A DNA stretch of 37,621 nucleotides, taken from positions 1 to 37,621 of IMG/VR virus record IMGVR_UViG_3300012948_000009, one strand, 5' to 3'. Positions 26,375-35,497 of the stretch are shown one piece after another (the stretch's first letter is position 1; every line of letters begins with the position of its first letter). Both the position numbers and the translations under genes were made by a program. A model generated the notes under the pieces. The model did not search any database. It saw only the letters and a program-made list of their open reading frames with translations, and was not told the origin of the DNA. This DNA is from a virus. Taxonomy: Duplodnaviria > Caudoviricetes.

Positions 26375-27961
26375 GTGGCGATCGACCCTAGCATTCCGCT
26401 CTCGGTCCAGACGCCCAACATCGGCGGGGCGTTTCTGCAGGCGTTGCAACTCGCGCAGCAACAACGGCTGCAGCAACAGCAAGCCGCGGCGCTCGAGGAA
26501 GAACGTCGCGCGCAAGCCGATCTGCGGCAACAGCAGCTGATCAACGCGCAACGGCAAGCCGACATTGCACGCGGGACCGAACAGGCCATCCGGCAAGGGG
26601 GCGGTGTCGAAGACGCCACGATGACGTGGGCACTGGCGAATAGTCCGGCCTCGGTGCCCTCGCTGCGGGAGTTTTTCGACAAAAGCCGCAAGAGCAAGCT
26701 GGAGATCGATGACCTCAATCAGAAGCTGAATAACGCGCGGCTTGATCACATTGGGCACATGGCGGAAGGCGTCCTCCAGCACGGCGGGACACCGGAAGCC
26801 TTGCAGACCGCGCTGGCGCTCTATGCGGAACAGTTTCCCAGTGAGGCGGCGCAGGTGCAGGCGCTCGGGCAACGCCTGCAGGGCGCATCCCCAGCGCAGA
26901 TCACGACGTTTCTCGAGCAGCAACGGGCGGCGGCGCCCTACTACCAGGCGCAGCAGCAGAAAGCCGCCGAACGGGGGCCGGTCTCGGTCGCGGCGGGGTC
27001 AACGCTGTTTGATCCGGCGACACAGACCGCGCTCTACACGGCGCCGGAGCGTGTGACAAAACCGCCCTCCGTGCAGGAGTACGAATACGCCGTCGCCCAG
27101 GGCTACACGGGCTCCTACACGCAGTACCAGAACGAAGACGCGAATCGCAAAAGGCCGGTGGTGAACGTTGGCGCGAATGCACAAGGCGGGTTGTTAGATC
27201 CCGAAGGCATCGAATACGGTGCCACCGAGTACCGGCTGACTGGTCGGATTCCGGCTATTGGCCAGCGGAGCGGCATCGATCGCGCGGCGATCGTCAATGC
27301 CGCGGCGAAGCAGGCGAAGTTGCTCGGTCAGACGCCGGCTGCGGCGATCCAACGACAGGCTGCGTTCAAAGCCGATAGCAAATCGCTCGCGAATATTCAG
27401 AAGCTGGCAACGTCGGCCGAGGCGTTTGAACAGAAAGCGCTCGGGCAAGCGGACATCGTGCGCGAACTCTCCGCGAAAGTCGGCCGGACCAAGTTCCCGA
27501 TCCTCAATGCCGCGATCTTGGCGGGCAAGACAGAGATCACAGGCGACAAAGATGCGACGCTCTTGCTGAATGCGATCAGCACGTTTAGCAATGAATACGC
27601 GAAAATCGTGGAAGGCTCGACGGGATCGGCCGCAGGGTCCAGTGACAGTGCGCGGCTCGCCGCCCAAAAGATGCTCTCTGGGAAGATGGGCGATGGCACG
27701 CTCAATGGGGCACTGGATCTGATGTCGCGTGAAATGGCGTTGACGCGGCAAGGTTACGATTTCACGATTGATAAGATTACGCAACGCATGGGCGGGCAGG
27801 TGCCAGATCAGACGCAAACGACGGCGCCCGTGACGGCACCGGCCGGACCTCCAGCGAAACCCGGCATCATCCGGGCCCGCGATCCGCAGGGCAATATTCA
27901 CGAAGCGCCCGCCGGCACGGCGTTGCCGCCGGGCTGGACGCTGATCGGGAGTGGAGGCTAG
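26375..27961 (+). CDS. DNA ejection / internal virion protein
   Basis: MAIDPSIPLSVQ start, Gln/Ala coiled coils, PPSVQEYEYA..QGY.G motif; position. Confidence 0.7.
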   Translation: MAIDPSIPLSVQTPNIGGAFLQALQLAQQQRLQQQQAAALEEERRAQADLRQQQLINAQRQADIARGTEQAIRQGGGVEDATMTWALANSPASVPSLREFFDKSRKSKLEIDDLNQKLNNARLDHIGHMAEGVLQHGGTPEALQTALALYAEQFPSEAAQVQALGQRLQGASPAQITTFLEQQRAAAPYYQAQQQKAAERGPVSVAAGSTLFDPATQTALYTAPERVTKPPSVQEYEYAVAQGYTGSYTQYQNEDANRKRPVVNVGANAQGGLLDPEGIEYGATEYRLTGRIPAIGQRSGIDRAAIVNAAAKQAKLLGQTPAAAIQRQAAFKADSKSLANIQKLATSAEAFEQKALGQADIVRELSAKVGRTKFPILNAAILAGKTEITGDKDATLLLNAISTFSNEYAKIVEGSTGSAAGSSDSARLAAQKMLSGKMGDGTLNGALDLMSREMALTRQGYDFTIDKITQRMGGQVPDQTQTTAPVTAPAGPPAKPGIIRARDPQGNIHEAPAGTALPPGWTLIGSGG

Positions 27962-30547
27962 ATGCCGCAGTCGGCGCCGGGCTGGACGCTCGTGCAAGCG
28001 GCACCGACGACGTCGGAGGCGCCGGGGTGGACGCCTGTCTCTGCGACCGCGCCGGCGGCGACCTCAGGGATCGATGTGGCGGCTGTCCTGGGCAAAGTGC
28101 TCTTACCGTACGGGGATCCCGAGACGCAGCAGTCCGTGGGCAACGGCGCCGTGGGGATGTTGAAAGGTCTTGGACATACGGCAACCACGCTCGGATCGTT
28201 GGTCCACAAAATACCGGGGTTCCGGGAAGGGTTGGATGCGCTCTACGGCGTGCCGGGCCTCTCGCAAGCGGCGTTCACGGAAGCCGAACAGGCGACACGC
28301 CCGCAGGGGACCGCGCAGCAGATTGGGTATCTCGGCGAACAAGGCGCGGAGTTTCTCTTACCGTCGGGGCCGGCGGAGCGGGGCGCGGTCTATCTGGCCG
28401 GCAAGGCCGCGCCATATCTCGCTCGGGCTCCCCAGATCGCGGAGGCGACGCCCGCGATCGTCAAGGCGGCGGCGAAAGTGCTGCCGCGCGCCGCGACGGA
28501 AGCGGCCGCGAGCGCAGGGACGGCCGTCGCGCAAGGGGCCGATCCAACCTCGGCGGCGGTGATGGGCGCGGTGGCGCCGTATGTCGGATCGGCGGTGGGT
28601 GCAGGCGTGCGAACGGTCGCGGGCCCGCTGGCGCGTGGGCTCTATCGCAATCTGAATCCCGTGGCGGCTGAAGCGGTGGCCTTTGGCCAACGGATGGGGA
28701 TTCCGATCGACGCGGCGACCGCGACTGGGTCTGATGTGCTCGCGCTCTTACAAAAAAAGGCCGCGTCGACCGTGGCGGGCGGACGGGTGGCGGAGCCGGT
28801 GGTGCGGGCGCAGAGGGAAGCTCTGGAGACGGTTGGAGAGCAACTCGCGGGCGCCGCGAATCTCGATTCCGTCACGGGCCTGCCGGGTGCGGCCGTCACG
28901 CCGCTGCAAGCCGGTGAAGCGACACAGCAAGCGGTGCGGGATGTCGTGCACGCGAAAAACGTGCAAGCGACGACGGCGTACGATCGGCTCCGCAATCTCG
29001 CGCAGCAATTCCAGGAAACGGTCACGACGCGGGCGCCGGAAGCCGCGCCGCCGGGCGCGTCCACGCGGTTTACCTTCAAACGCAATCCGACGCCGGACGA
29101 GGTCTTCGAAGCGGCGTATCAGGACGCGCAGGCCAGCGGGTACCGCGGAAGTAAGCAGGCGTTGCGCACCCGGTTCGATCAGTCCTTGTCGTCCGGCATG
29201 ACGGCGCTCGAGGAGCAGGCGCAGACGCAGGCCGACTACGGGCCGGAGGCTCTGCTGAAATCGATCCGCGAGCTCGGCGGGTTGCGACCGTTCACGAAGG
29301 ATCTGGCAACGGGCACGAAGTTGCGCGGCGATTTTGAATCCATCGTGGAAAGTTTCGGCGCCAAGTCGGGGTGGGGGCAAAAGGGCGGCGCGTCGCCGTT
29401 CCGGACGCAAGGGCTCGGCCTTGATGACATGACCGAACAGCTCCGGCAGGATCCGCGGTGGCGCACGGTCATTCACGACGAAAACGATCTGGTGGACGTG
29501 CTCGACGAGATCGGCCGCGCCGGCCCGACGCCGGCGACGCCGCACCCGACGATTGAAGAGGCCCTGTCGATTAGCGACGCGCGGCCGGGGGCGAAGTGGT
29601 GGGTGCCGCGCACGGAAGAAGTCCAAGCGCTGCCGGTGGATCTCCGCACGGTCAAGCCGCAACTGCAGCCGATTTATGACCGATTGGCGCGTGAGCGGGA
29701 GTTAGCGCCGGCGATGATGGTGGGCGGTAAAGCGGAAGCCTTTAATGCGCTCGATCAGATCATGCGGGCACCCGACTATGCGCCGCTCACGGATGTCGAT
29801 GCGGTCCTGAGTGAGTTGAAATCGTTCGCGCGGGCCGACAATCCGGATCTGCGTACGGTCGGACAAGGCGCAGTCGCGCAGGCCGTGAAGAGTTTGGACG
29901 CGCAGGTGCGGGCGACCGCGACGAAAGCCGGGCCGGATGTCGTCCAGGCGCTCGAGGCGGGGCGCAAGGCGACGATCGAGAAATACGGCGCGGCGAAGGT
30001 GTTAGGACGGCTGGAAGGGCAAGCGGGGCAGATCGAAGGCGTCGGCGCGTACAAGCGGCTCGTGGCACCGGGCGATTCGGCGTTTCGGCAACTCCAGCAG
30101 GTGGTGACGCAGGCACCGGATGCTGCGCCGCAGATAGCCCGCGCGTTTCTCGGCGACTTGATCGGGCAGGCCACGCAGGCCGGCACGTTTGATCTGGCGC
30201 GTGCGCCCGCGATGGAAAAAACGTGGCGGATGATGGGACCGCAAACGAAAACGTTGCTGTTCAAGGATCCGGCGTATATCGCCGATCTGGACAACTATTT
30301 TCGGCTGGCGAAAAAGATTGCGGAAAATCCGAATCCCTCGGGTACGGAGCGGATGCGATCTGTCGTGGAATTTGCGACGAATCTGATCGGGTATCCGGCC
30401 GCCAAGCTGCTGTATTCACCTCGCGGCGTCAAGCTGCTCACGGAGGGGTTGCGCCTGCCTGCGGGGAGTGCGGTCGCCAAAACGGTGTGGGCGAATCGCC
30501 TCCGACAGGTGGCGAGTCAACTGCCGGGGGCGCCGGATCAGCCGTGA
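27962..30547 (+). CDS. Large ejection protein (gp16 position)
   Basis: 861 aa, Ala-rich; GIPIDAATATG and NPNPSGT motifs typical of podovirus internal proteins. Confidence 0.7.
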   Translation: MPQSAPGWTLVQAAPTTSEAPGWTPVSATAPAATSGIDVAAVLGKVLLPYGDPETQQSVGNGAVGMLKGLGHTATTLGSLVHKIPGFREGLDALYGVPGLSQAAFTEAEQATRPQGTAQQIGYLGEQGAEFLLPSGPAERGAVYLAGKAAPYLARAPQIAEATPAIVKAAAKVLPRAATEAAASAGTAVAQGADPTSAAVMGAVAPYVGSAVGAGVRTVAGPLARGLYRNLNPVAAEAVAFGQRMGIPIDAATATGSDVLALLQKKAASTVAGGRVAEPVVRAQREALETVGEQLAGAANLDSVTGLPGAAVTPLQAGEATQQAVRDVVHAKNVQATTAYDRLRNLAQQFQETVTTRAPEAAPPGASTRFTFKRNPTPDEVFEAAYQDAQASGYRGSKQALRTRFDQSLSSGMTALEEQAQTQADYGPEALLKSIRELGGLRPFTKDLATGTKLRGDFESIVESFGAKSGWGQKGGASPFRTQGLGLDDMTEQLRQDPRWRTVIHDENDLVDVLDEIGRAGPTPATPHPTIEEALSISDARPGAKWWVPRTEEVQALPVDLRTVKPQLQPIYDRLARERELAPAMMVGGKAEAFNALDQIMRAPDYAPLTDVDAVLSELKSFARADNPDLRTVGQGAVAQAVKSLDAQVRATATKAGPDVVQALEAGRKATIEKYGAAKVLGRLEGQAGQIEGVGAYKRLVAPGDSAFRQLQQVVTQAPDAAPQIARAFLGDLIGQATQAGTFDLARAPAMEKTWRMMGPQTKTLLFKDPAYIADLDNYFRLAKKIAENPNPSGTERMRSVVEFATNLIGYPAAKLLYSPRGVKLLTEGLRLPAGSAVAKTVWANRLRQVASQLPGAPDQP

Positions 30548-30551
30548 CGAT

Positions 30552-30782
30552 CTATGCCTGCGGGGGATGTTGTGAACGGTCAAAGGCCATGATCAGGCCT
30601 TTCGCGCCGGCGAGCAGACACGCGACCACCACGCCCGCACCTAACCCGTTGCGCTCGTATGCGAGACCGAGGACGAGATACACGCCCAGCAGAATGAGCA
30701 ACCACTTGAGGCCGAGATACGGCCAGCGGATCACCGTGGGCCACGTCGCCGCTTTGCTGTCGAGCGTTGCTAACCAGGCCAT
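30552..30782 (-). CDS. Small two-TM membrane protein (moron)
   Basis: Two hydrophobic segments, GGAG RBS, antisense to the late operon. Confidence 0.6.
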   Translation of the reverse strand: MAWLATLDSKAATWPTVIRWPYLGLKWLLILLGVYLVLGLAYERNGLGAGVVVACLLAGAKGLIMAFDRSQHPPQA

Positions 30783-30825
30783 AGCGCTCCAACCTTATCT
30801 TTGCGGACGGGAGCCCTAGTCTACC

Positions 30826-31530
30826 ATGCCGCTCGGCACGCTGGCGCCGCAACTGTGGTTCCAAGCCCTCGACGATACCGGCGTCGCCCTGCCTGGCGCC
30901 CTCGTCTACTTCTACGTCACCGGCACCAGTACGCCGACCCCGGCCTGGGCCGACGGCAATTTCATCACCGTGCTCAGTAATCCGGCCGCGTGTGATGCCG
31001 CCGGGCGGCTCGTGATGTACCTCAACGCGACGGTGACCTATCGGATTGTCATCACGACGGCGGCCGGGGTGATCGTCCGGACCATCGATCCGGTCACCCC
31101 CACGCCCGTCACGATCGGCTCGGGCACGGGGGTGGTCGGCAGTGTGACCGGGGATGTCTTTGTCTTTGGGGGCGATCCGACCTCGCCCGTGACGGGGGTG
31201 GCCTATCCATTGGGGGCGACCTTCGACAAGCTCCATGCCGGCACCGCGGTCTTTGAGATCGATAGTGGGGCGATGGCGGCGGGCACCTACGGGCTGCAAG
31301 GCATGGGCCTCTGTCAAGGCGGCGGCGTCTTGACGGTCGCGATCGTCAATCTGACCGATGCGCCGAATACGCCGCTCGCCGAATTTAACATTTCGACTCC
31401 GACGGGCGCGGTCAACCTGTCCGGCGGGATCACCTTTGCCGCCGCCGGCGCGCCCAAACAATACGGCATCAAGACCAAAGTCTCGGCGGGGTCGGCTGAA
31501 GCGTGGGGCATTCGGTTGCGCAGGTCTTAG
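30826..31530 (+). CDS. Tail appendage protein with head-binding-like N-terminal domain, copy A
   Basis: FQALDDTGVALPGA.VYFY.TGT.T...A.AD......NP...DAAGR motif seen at the N-termini of podovirus spikes/fibres. Confidence 0.72.
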   Translation: MPLGTLAPQLWFQALDDTGVALPGALVYFYVTGTSTPTPAWADGNFITVLSNPAACDAAGRLVMYLNATVTYRIVITTAAGVIVRTIDPVTPTPVTIGSGTGVVGSVTGDVFVFGGDPTSPVTGVAYPLGATFDKLHAGTAVFEIDSGAMAAGTYGLQGMGLCQGGGVLTVAIVNLTDAPNTPLAEFNISTPTGAVNLSGGITFAAAGAPKQYGIKTKVSAGSAEAWGIRLRRS

Positions 31531-31533
31531 GCG

Positions 31534-32169
31534 ATGTTTACACGACGCGAACGACTGATCTTGTCCTTCTGGCTCCTGTCGTGGCTGATCGTGCCGGTGG
31601 CGGCACAGGTCCGGCCCGGCCTCTTCTCCACGCTCGTCACGACGGACACGGGCTTGACGAGTCTGCTGGTCGGGGGGACGGCGGGTGGCACGGCGGGCAC
31701 GGGGGGCATCAGGGCGGGCACGCTGTCGCTCGGCGGCGGCGCCACGGTGGTGGACGGGTCCGGCGTGACGACGGCGGCGGTCTTCACCCCGCGGGTGGCC
31801 AGCCTGAGCGGCACGCTCGCACTGCAGACCAGCGCGGTGACGCGGTGGGGCGTGAATGCGGCGGGCGATCTGACGATCGGCGGGACGACCACGCTATACG
31901 CATCGCGGGGATCGCCGGGCATCGTGTCCGGGGCCGGCGCGGGGCCGTCGCTGGTCGGGCGTGATTATGCGTTTGCCGTGACGATCGGCGCCGGGCCGGT
32001 CGCCCCACTTGTCGTCCAATTCAGTCAGTTCTGGACCAATCCGCCGATCTGTACGGCCGCCTTCTCGGCGGCCGGGGCTACCGGCACGTCCACGACGACC
32101 AATCAGGTCACGGTCTACGGCGCCCCGGGCGCGGGCACCGTCGTCAGTGTCCTCTGTCACGGGTACTGA
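31534..32169 (+). CDS. Fibre-like protein with N-terminal signal peptide
   Basis: MFTRRERLILSFWLLSWLIVPVAA|Q; C-terminal two-Cys domain homologous to that of 20548-21504. Confidence 0.72.
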   Translation: MFTRRERLILSFWLLSWLIVPVAAQVRPGLFSTLVTTDTGLTSLLVGGTAGGTAGTGGIRAGTLSLGGGATVVDGSGVTTAAVFTPRVASLSGTLALQTSAVTRWGVNAAGDLTIGGTTTLYASRGSPGIVSGAGAGPSLVGRDYAFAVTIGAGPVAPLVVQFSQFWTNPPICTAAFSAAGATGTSTTTNQVTVYGAPGAGTVVSVLCHGY

Positions 32170-32173
32170 GCGG

Positions 32174-32875
32174 ATGGCGAGCGGGACGATTGCGCCGCAA
32201 TTCTGGTTCCAGGCGCTCGACGATACCGGGATCGCGTTGCCGGGGGCGCTGATCCATTTCTATGTGACGGGGACCACGACGCGCACGCCTGCGTATGCGG
32301 ATGGCGCGTTGTCGGTGCCGCTCACCAATCCGGCGGCGTGTGACGCCGCGGGGCGGCTCGTGATGTATCTCAGTCCGGCGGTCCTGTACAAGATCGTCGT
32401 CACGACCGCGGCGGGCGTCACGGTCCGCACGGTCGATCCGGTGACGCCGACGGGCGCGAGCGCGTCGGGCGTGGGCAGTAGTTTGGGGGAGGTCTTTGTC
32501 TTTGGCGGCGATCAGGCCGTCGGGGTGGCGACGGCGAGCTATCCCACGGGGGCGACCTTCGACAAGCTGCACGCGGGGACGGGCGTCTATCCACTCAACA
32601 GTGCGTCTCTGATGGCCGGCACCTACATCCTGCAAGGGTGCGCGAAGTCGTTACCGGATGGCACAGCGACCGTCGGCCTCGTGAATCTGACGGACGGCGC
32701 TCCGAATACGCCCTTGGCGGAATACACGGTGGCCAGTGACACCGGGGCGATCGGATCCTCGGGCGCGATCACGTTTGCGGCGGCAGGGGCGACCAAGCAG
32801 TACGGGATCAAGGTGCATACCTCGGGCGGCAGTGTCACGGCCTTCTCGTGGGGCATTCGGATCATGCGCGTGTGA
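32174..32875 (+). CDS. Tail appendage protein with head-binding-like N-terminal domain, copy B
   Basis: Colinear paralog of 30826-31530 (233 vs 234 aa). Confidence 0.72.
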   Translation: MASGTIAPQFWFQALDDTGIALPGALIHFYVTGTTTRTPAYADGALSVPLTNPAACDAAGRLVMYLSPAVLYKIVVTTAAGVTVRTVDPVTPTGASASGVGSSLGEVFVFGGDQAVGVATASYPTGATFDKLHAGTGVYPLNSASLMAGTYILQGCAKSLPDGTATVGLVNLTDGAPNTPLAEYTVASDTGAIGSSGAITFAAAGATKQYGIKVHTSGGSVTAFSWGIRIMRV

Positions 32876-32884
32876 GAACCACGT

Positions 32885-34435
32885 ATGCCGCGCTTTAACA
32901 CCCTCGGCGATTACGAGGCGGGCATCGGCGGCGGCACCGTCGAGGCCCCCGTCACGTTGATCGTGAACGGCGCCGTCTGCAACGTCGGCCCCGGCGGCGG
33001 CGGCGACTGGCTGACGACGCAGGAGGTCGCCTGCTACCGCTATATCGGGTCGCTGCGGGCCGTCGCGATCGACAAGACGACCGGCGCGGAACGCCTGCTG
33101 CGCGAGACCGCGCTCGGGTTCAACCAGGTCGTCGCGGGCGGTGGGCGGTGGGCGACCACAGAAACACAATCCGGCGTCGTCATGCTGGATGACGGCACGG
33201 TGTCGCCCTACCCCATCATGACCATCGGCACCGATGGCGCCATCGCGACGCGCGCCCATGCCTACAACAACAGCGGGCTCATCGTCGCGGGCACCGTGCT
33301 CCAGCCGGCCGCGAGCGATGAGGATGTGATGAGGTGGGGCACGAATGCGTGGGACGTGCAGGTGCTCGACGCGGGCCATGTCGTGTGGCGCTCATGGGAC
33401 GGGCCGCACGCGGTCGGCCTGCCGGTCCCGCAGCTCCTGCCAGGGGAAAGCTACGGCCTGCGCGTGGCGAACCTGCAGGGCGTGTGGTGGGTGTGCTATC
33501 TCGCTGCCGGGTACAACGGCAGTCTCGTGTGCCATCCAGTCAACAGTTTCCTGGGATGCCAATTGACGGCCCCGGCCGCCGCCGCGAACCGGCCGGACCT
33601 CGTCGCGGTCGGCTCGCGCCTGCGCGTGGTGTATGCGCTTGACCTCGCGGAACAGACGAACGTCGTCGTGGAACCCGGCGTGACGTCTCCCATCATCGAC
33701 CTGACGACGACGGCACCAACGCCGCCGGAGCCAATACCGCCCGATCCGGGACCCGATCCCGGGCCGCCCCCGGCGGTCACGATCACCGCCTACGCCGCTA
33801 CAGGACCCCTGGAAGCGACGGCGACCGGCGCGGTGACGCAGGGCTCGGTCGTGTCGTTGACGTGGCTGTACCGCCCGCAGGGGGCCACGGACTGGGCCGC
33901 GGCGACAACGCCCCCGGATCAGCTCACCTACATCTACCACTTCGCCGAGGCCGGCGACTACGAACTGAAATTGTCGGGGACAGATGCGATCGGGCGCACG
34001 GCGGAAACGGGGCAGCAACGGATCGTCCACGTGACGAGTGGCGACGAACCGGCCCCTGAACCGCCGGAAGGAGGCGCGATGGCGGTGTACCTGAAATGCG
34101 GACACTTCTACACGGGCGTCGATCCGACGCCGGTCCTGGGCATGGACGCGGACGCGCAGTTTCCGGTCTACGCGGATCGCGAACAGGGCGGCGTCTGGGA
34201 AGAAGTCACGCTCACGCCGCACGACGACGGCGGGTTCGATGTGCTGTACGTCGCGGCCAATCGCACGCTGTCGATTCAACCGGACGGGACGCTCGAGACG
34301 CGCGAGGCCGGTACGTACGGCGGCTACGAAGCGGTCTATGCGACCACGCAACCCGACGGCGCCTCGATTCTCTACCGCCGCGACGAGGACGTGGTCATTC
34401 CCTGCAACATCCTGACGATTGAGGATCGATCGTGA
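32885..34435 (+). CDS. Modular beta-rich protein: N-terminal domain, Pro linker, PKD/Ig-like domain, fascin/beta-trefoil-like domain
   Basis: PTPPEPIPPDPGPDP linker; Y.F.EAGDY.L.L.GTD..G PKD-like; ADRE.GG.WE and LSIQPDGTLETR...GGYE fascin-like repeats. Confidence 0.62.
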   Translation: MPRFNTLGDYEAGIGGGTVEAPVTLIVNGAVCNVGPGGGGDWLTTQEVACYRYIGSLRAVAIDKTTGAERLLRETALGFNQVVAGGGRWATTETQSGVVMLDDGTVSPYPIMTIGTDGAIATRAHAYNNSGLIVAGTVLQPAASDEDVMRWGTNAWDVQVLDAGHVVWRSWDGPHAVGLPVPQLLPGESYGLRVANLQGVWWVCYLAAGYNGSLVCHPVNSFLGCQLTAPAAAANRPDLVAVGSRLRVVYALDLAEQTNVVVEPGVTSPIIDLTTTAPTPPEPIPPDPGPDPGPPPAVTITAYAATGPLEATATGAVTQGSVVSLTWLYRPQGATDWAAATTPPDQLTYIYHFAEAGDYELKLSGTDAIGRTAETGQQRIVHVTSGDEPAPEPPEGGAMAVYLKCGHFYTGVDPTPVLGMDADAQFPVYADREQGGVWEEVTLTPHDDGGFDVLYVAANRTLSIQPDGTLETREAGTYGGYEAVYATTQPDGASILYRRDEDVVIPCNILTIEDRS

Positions 34436-35490
34436 CGCTGACGTTGCCGAAGGCGCGGCCGTGGGGGACGAGCGGTGGCGGGCCGCCCGATGTGCAGGGC
34501 ACCTTCGGGACGCTCCAGCACATCTTCACGCGCGGTGGGGCGCCGTGGCGCTATCGCGGCGTGTCGGGGTTCAAGCTGGCGAAACTCTTCGAGCAGGGAC
34601 AGGACATCACGCCATTTCTCAATGACTACGCCGGCTTCAATGTGGTGCGGACGTGGAACTACGTCCCGGTCGCGGACTGGGGCGAGAAAGCCTGGGGACG
34701 GTCGCCGCTTGAAACGTGGGTCGGCTATATCCAGTGCCTCGCGGATCAGGGATTCTGTGTCGAGCTCACGTTGCTGACCGACGACGACCCGGCGCAAGTG
34801 GATCCGGCGCGGCAGCTCGTCGAAGACCTGGCGCCCTACGCCTTCGAGAATCTCCTGATCGAAATCGGCAACGAACCGACGACCCACAAGGCGATCGACA
34901 CGAGCGCCCTGCGATCGACGCTCGAGGCCAGCGGCTACTGCTTCGCTTCGGGCGACTACGAAGACTCGTCGCGCGCGTTCGGGCCGTACCTGAACTTTCA
35001 CTCGGCGCGCACGTTCGACTGGCCGCGGCGCGCCCACGACGCGATGGAGTACTACGACGGCGGCGGGCCGAACACGCCGGCGGATCCCGCGCACCACTGC
35101 CCCTGCGTGGGCGACGAGCCCGCGAAACTCGAGGACGTCAGTTTTAGCACCAAAGATTGGCGCGCCTATTTCGGGACGTGCGCGATCCTCGGCGCGGGCG
35201 CGACGTTTCACAGCGAGACCGGGAAGTTTGCCGAGCGCCCGACGACGCAGGAGCTGCAGCTCGCGCAGGCCGCGCTCGAGGGGCTCACCGCGTTTCCCGC
35301 CGACGCGCCGAATGCCGGCGGCTACCGGCGGATCGTGGAACCCGGGAACGAACCGGGCGGCCCGACGGAGTACGCCCGCACCTATATCGTCGGGAGTTAC
35401 ATGGTGCGATGCCAGCAGCAGGGCACGCAGGCGCCCGAAGCGGGCTGGTCGCCGCTCGATCCCGAGGGCGTGTTGTTTGTCCAAGGCTGA
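34432..35490 (+). CDS. Glycoside hydrolase, clan GH-A (GH5-like) TIM barrel
   Basis: GFNVVRTW, LIEIGNEP (acid/base), VGDEP (nucleophile region), GATFHS. Confidence 0.72.
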   Translation: MTLTLPKARPWGTSGGGPPDVQGTFGTLQHIFTRGGAPWRYRGVSGFKLAKLFEQGQDITPFLNDYAGFNVVRTWNYVPVADWGEKAWGRSPLETWVGYIQCLADQGFCVELTLLTDDDPAQVDPARQLVEDLAPYAFENLLIEIGNEPTTHKAIDTSALRSTLEASGYCFASGDYEDSSRAFGPYLNFHSARTFDWPRRAHDAMEYYDGGGPNTPADPAHHCPCVGDEPAKLEDVSFSTKDWRAYFGTCAILGAGATFHSETGKFAERPTTQELQLAQAALEGLTAFPADAPNAGGYRRIVEPGNEPGGPTEYARTYIVGSYMVRCQQQGTQAPEAGWSPLDPEGVLFVQG

Positions 35491-35497
35491 GATGCGC

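Noticed and set aside
24227-26923. Long antisense ORFs (898 aa here; also 10975-12642, 22408-23949, 4223-5317)
   Set aside because: Shadow frames of GC3-rich real genes, with Arg-rich, motif-less translations.
30826-32875. Diversity-generating retroelement or invertible shufflon
   Set aside because: No reverse transcriptase or serine invertase; the repeats are direct, both coding, and differences are not adenine-specific.
16074-32887. Stop-codon reassignment
   Set aside because: TAA, TAG and TGA all terminate full-length recognisable genes, no genes are fragmented, and there is no suppressor tRNA.
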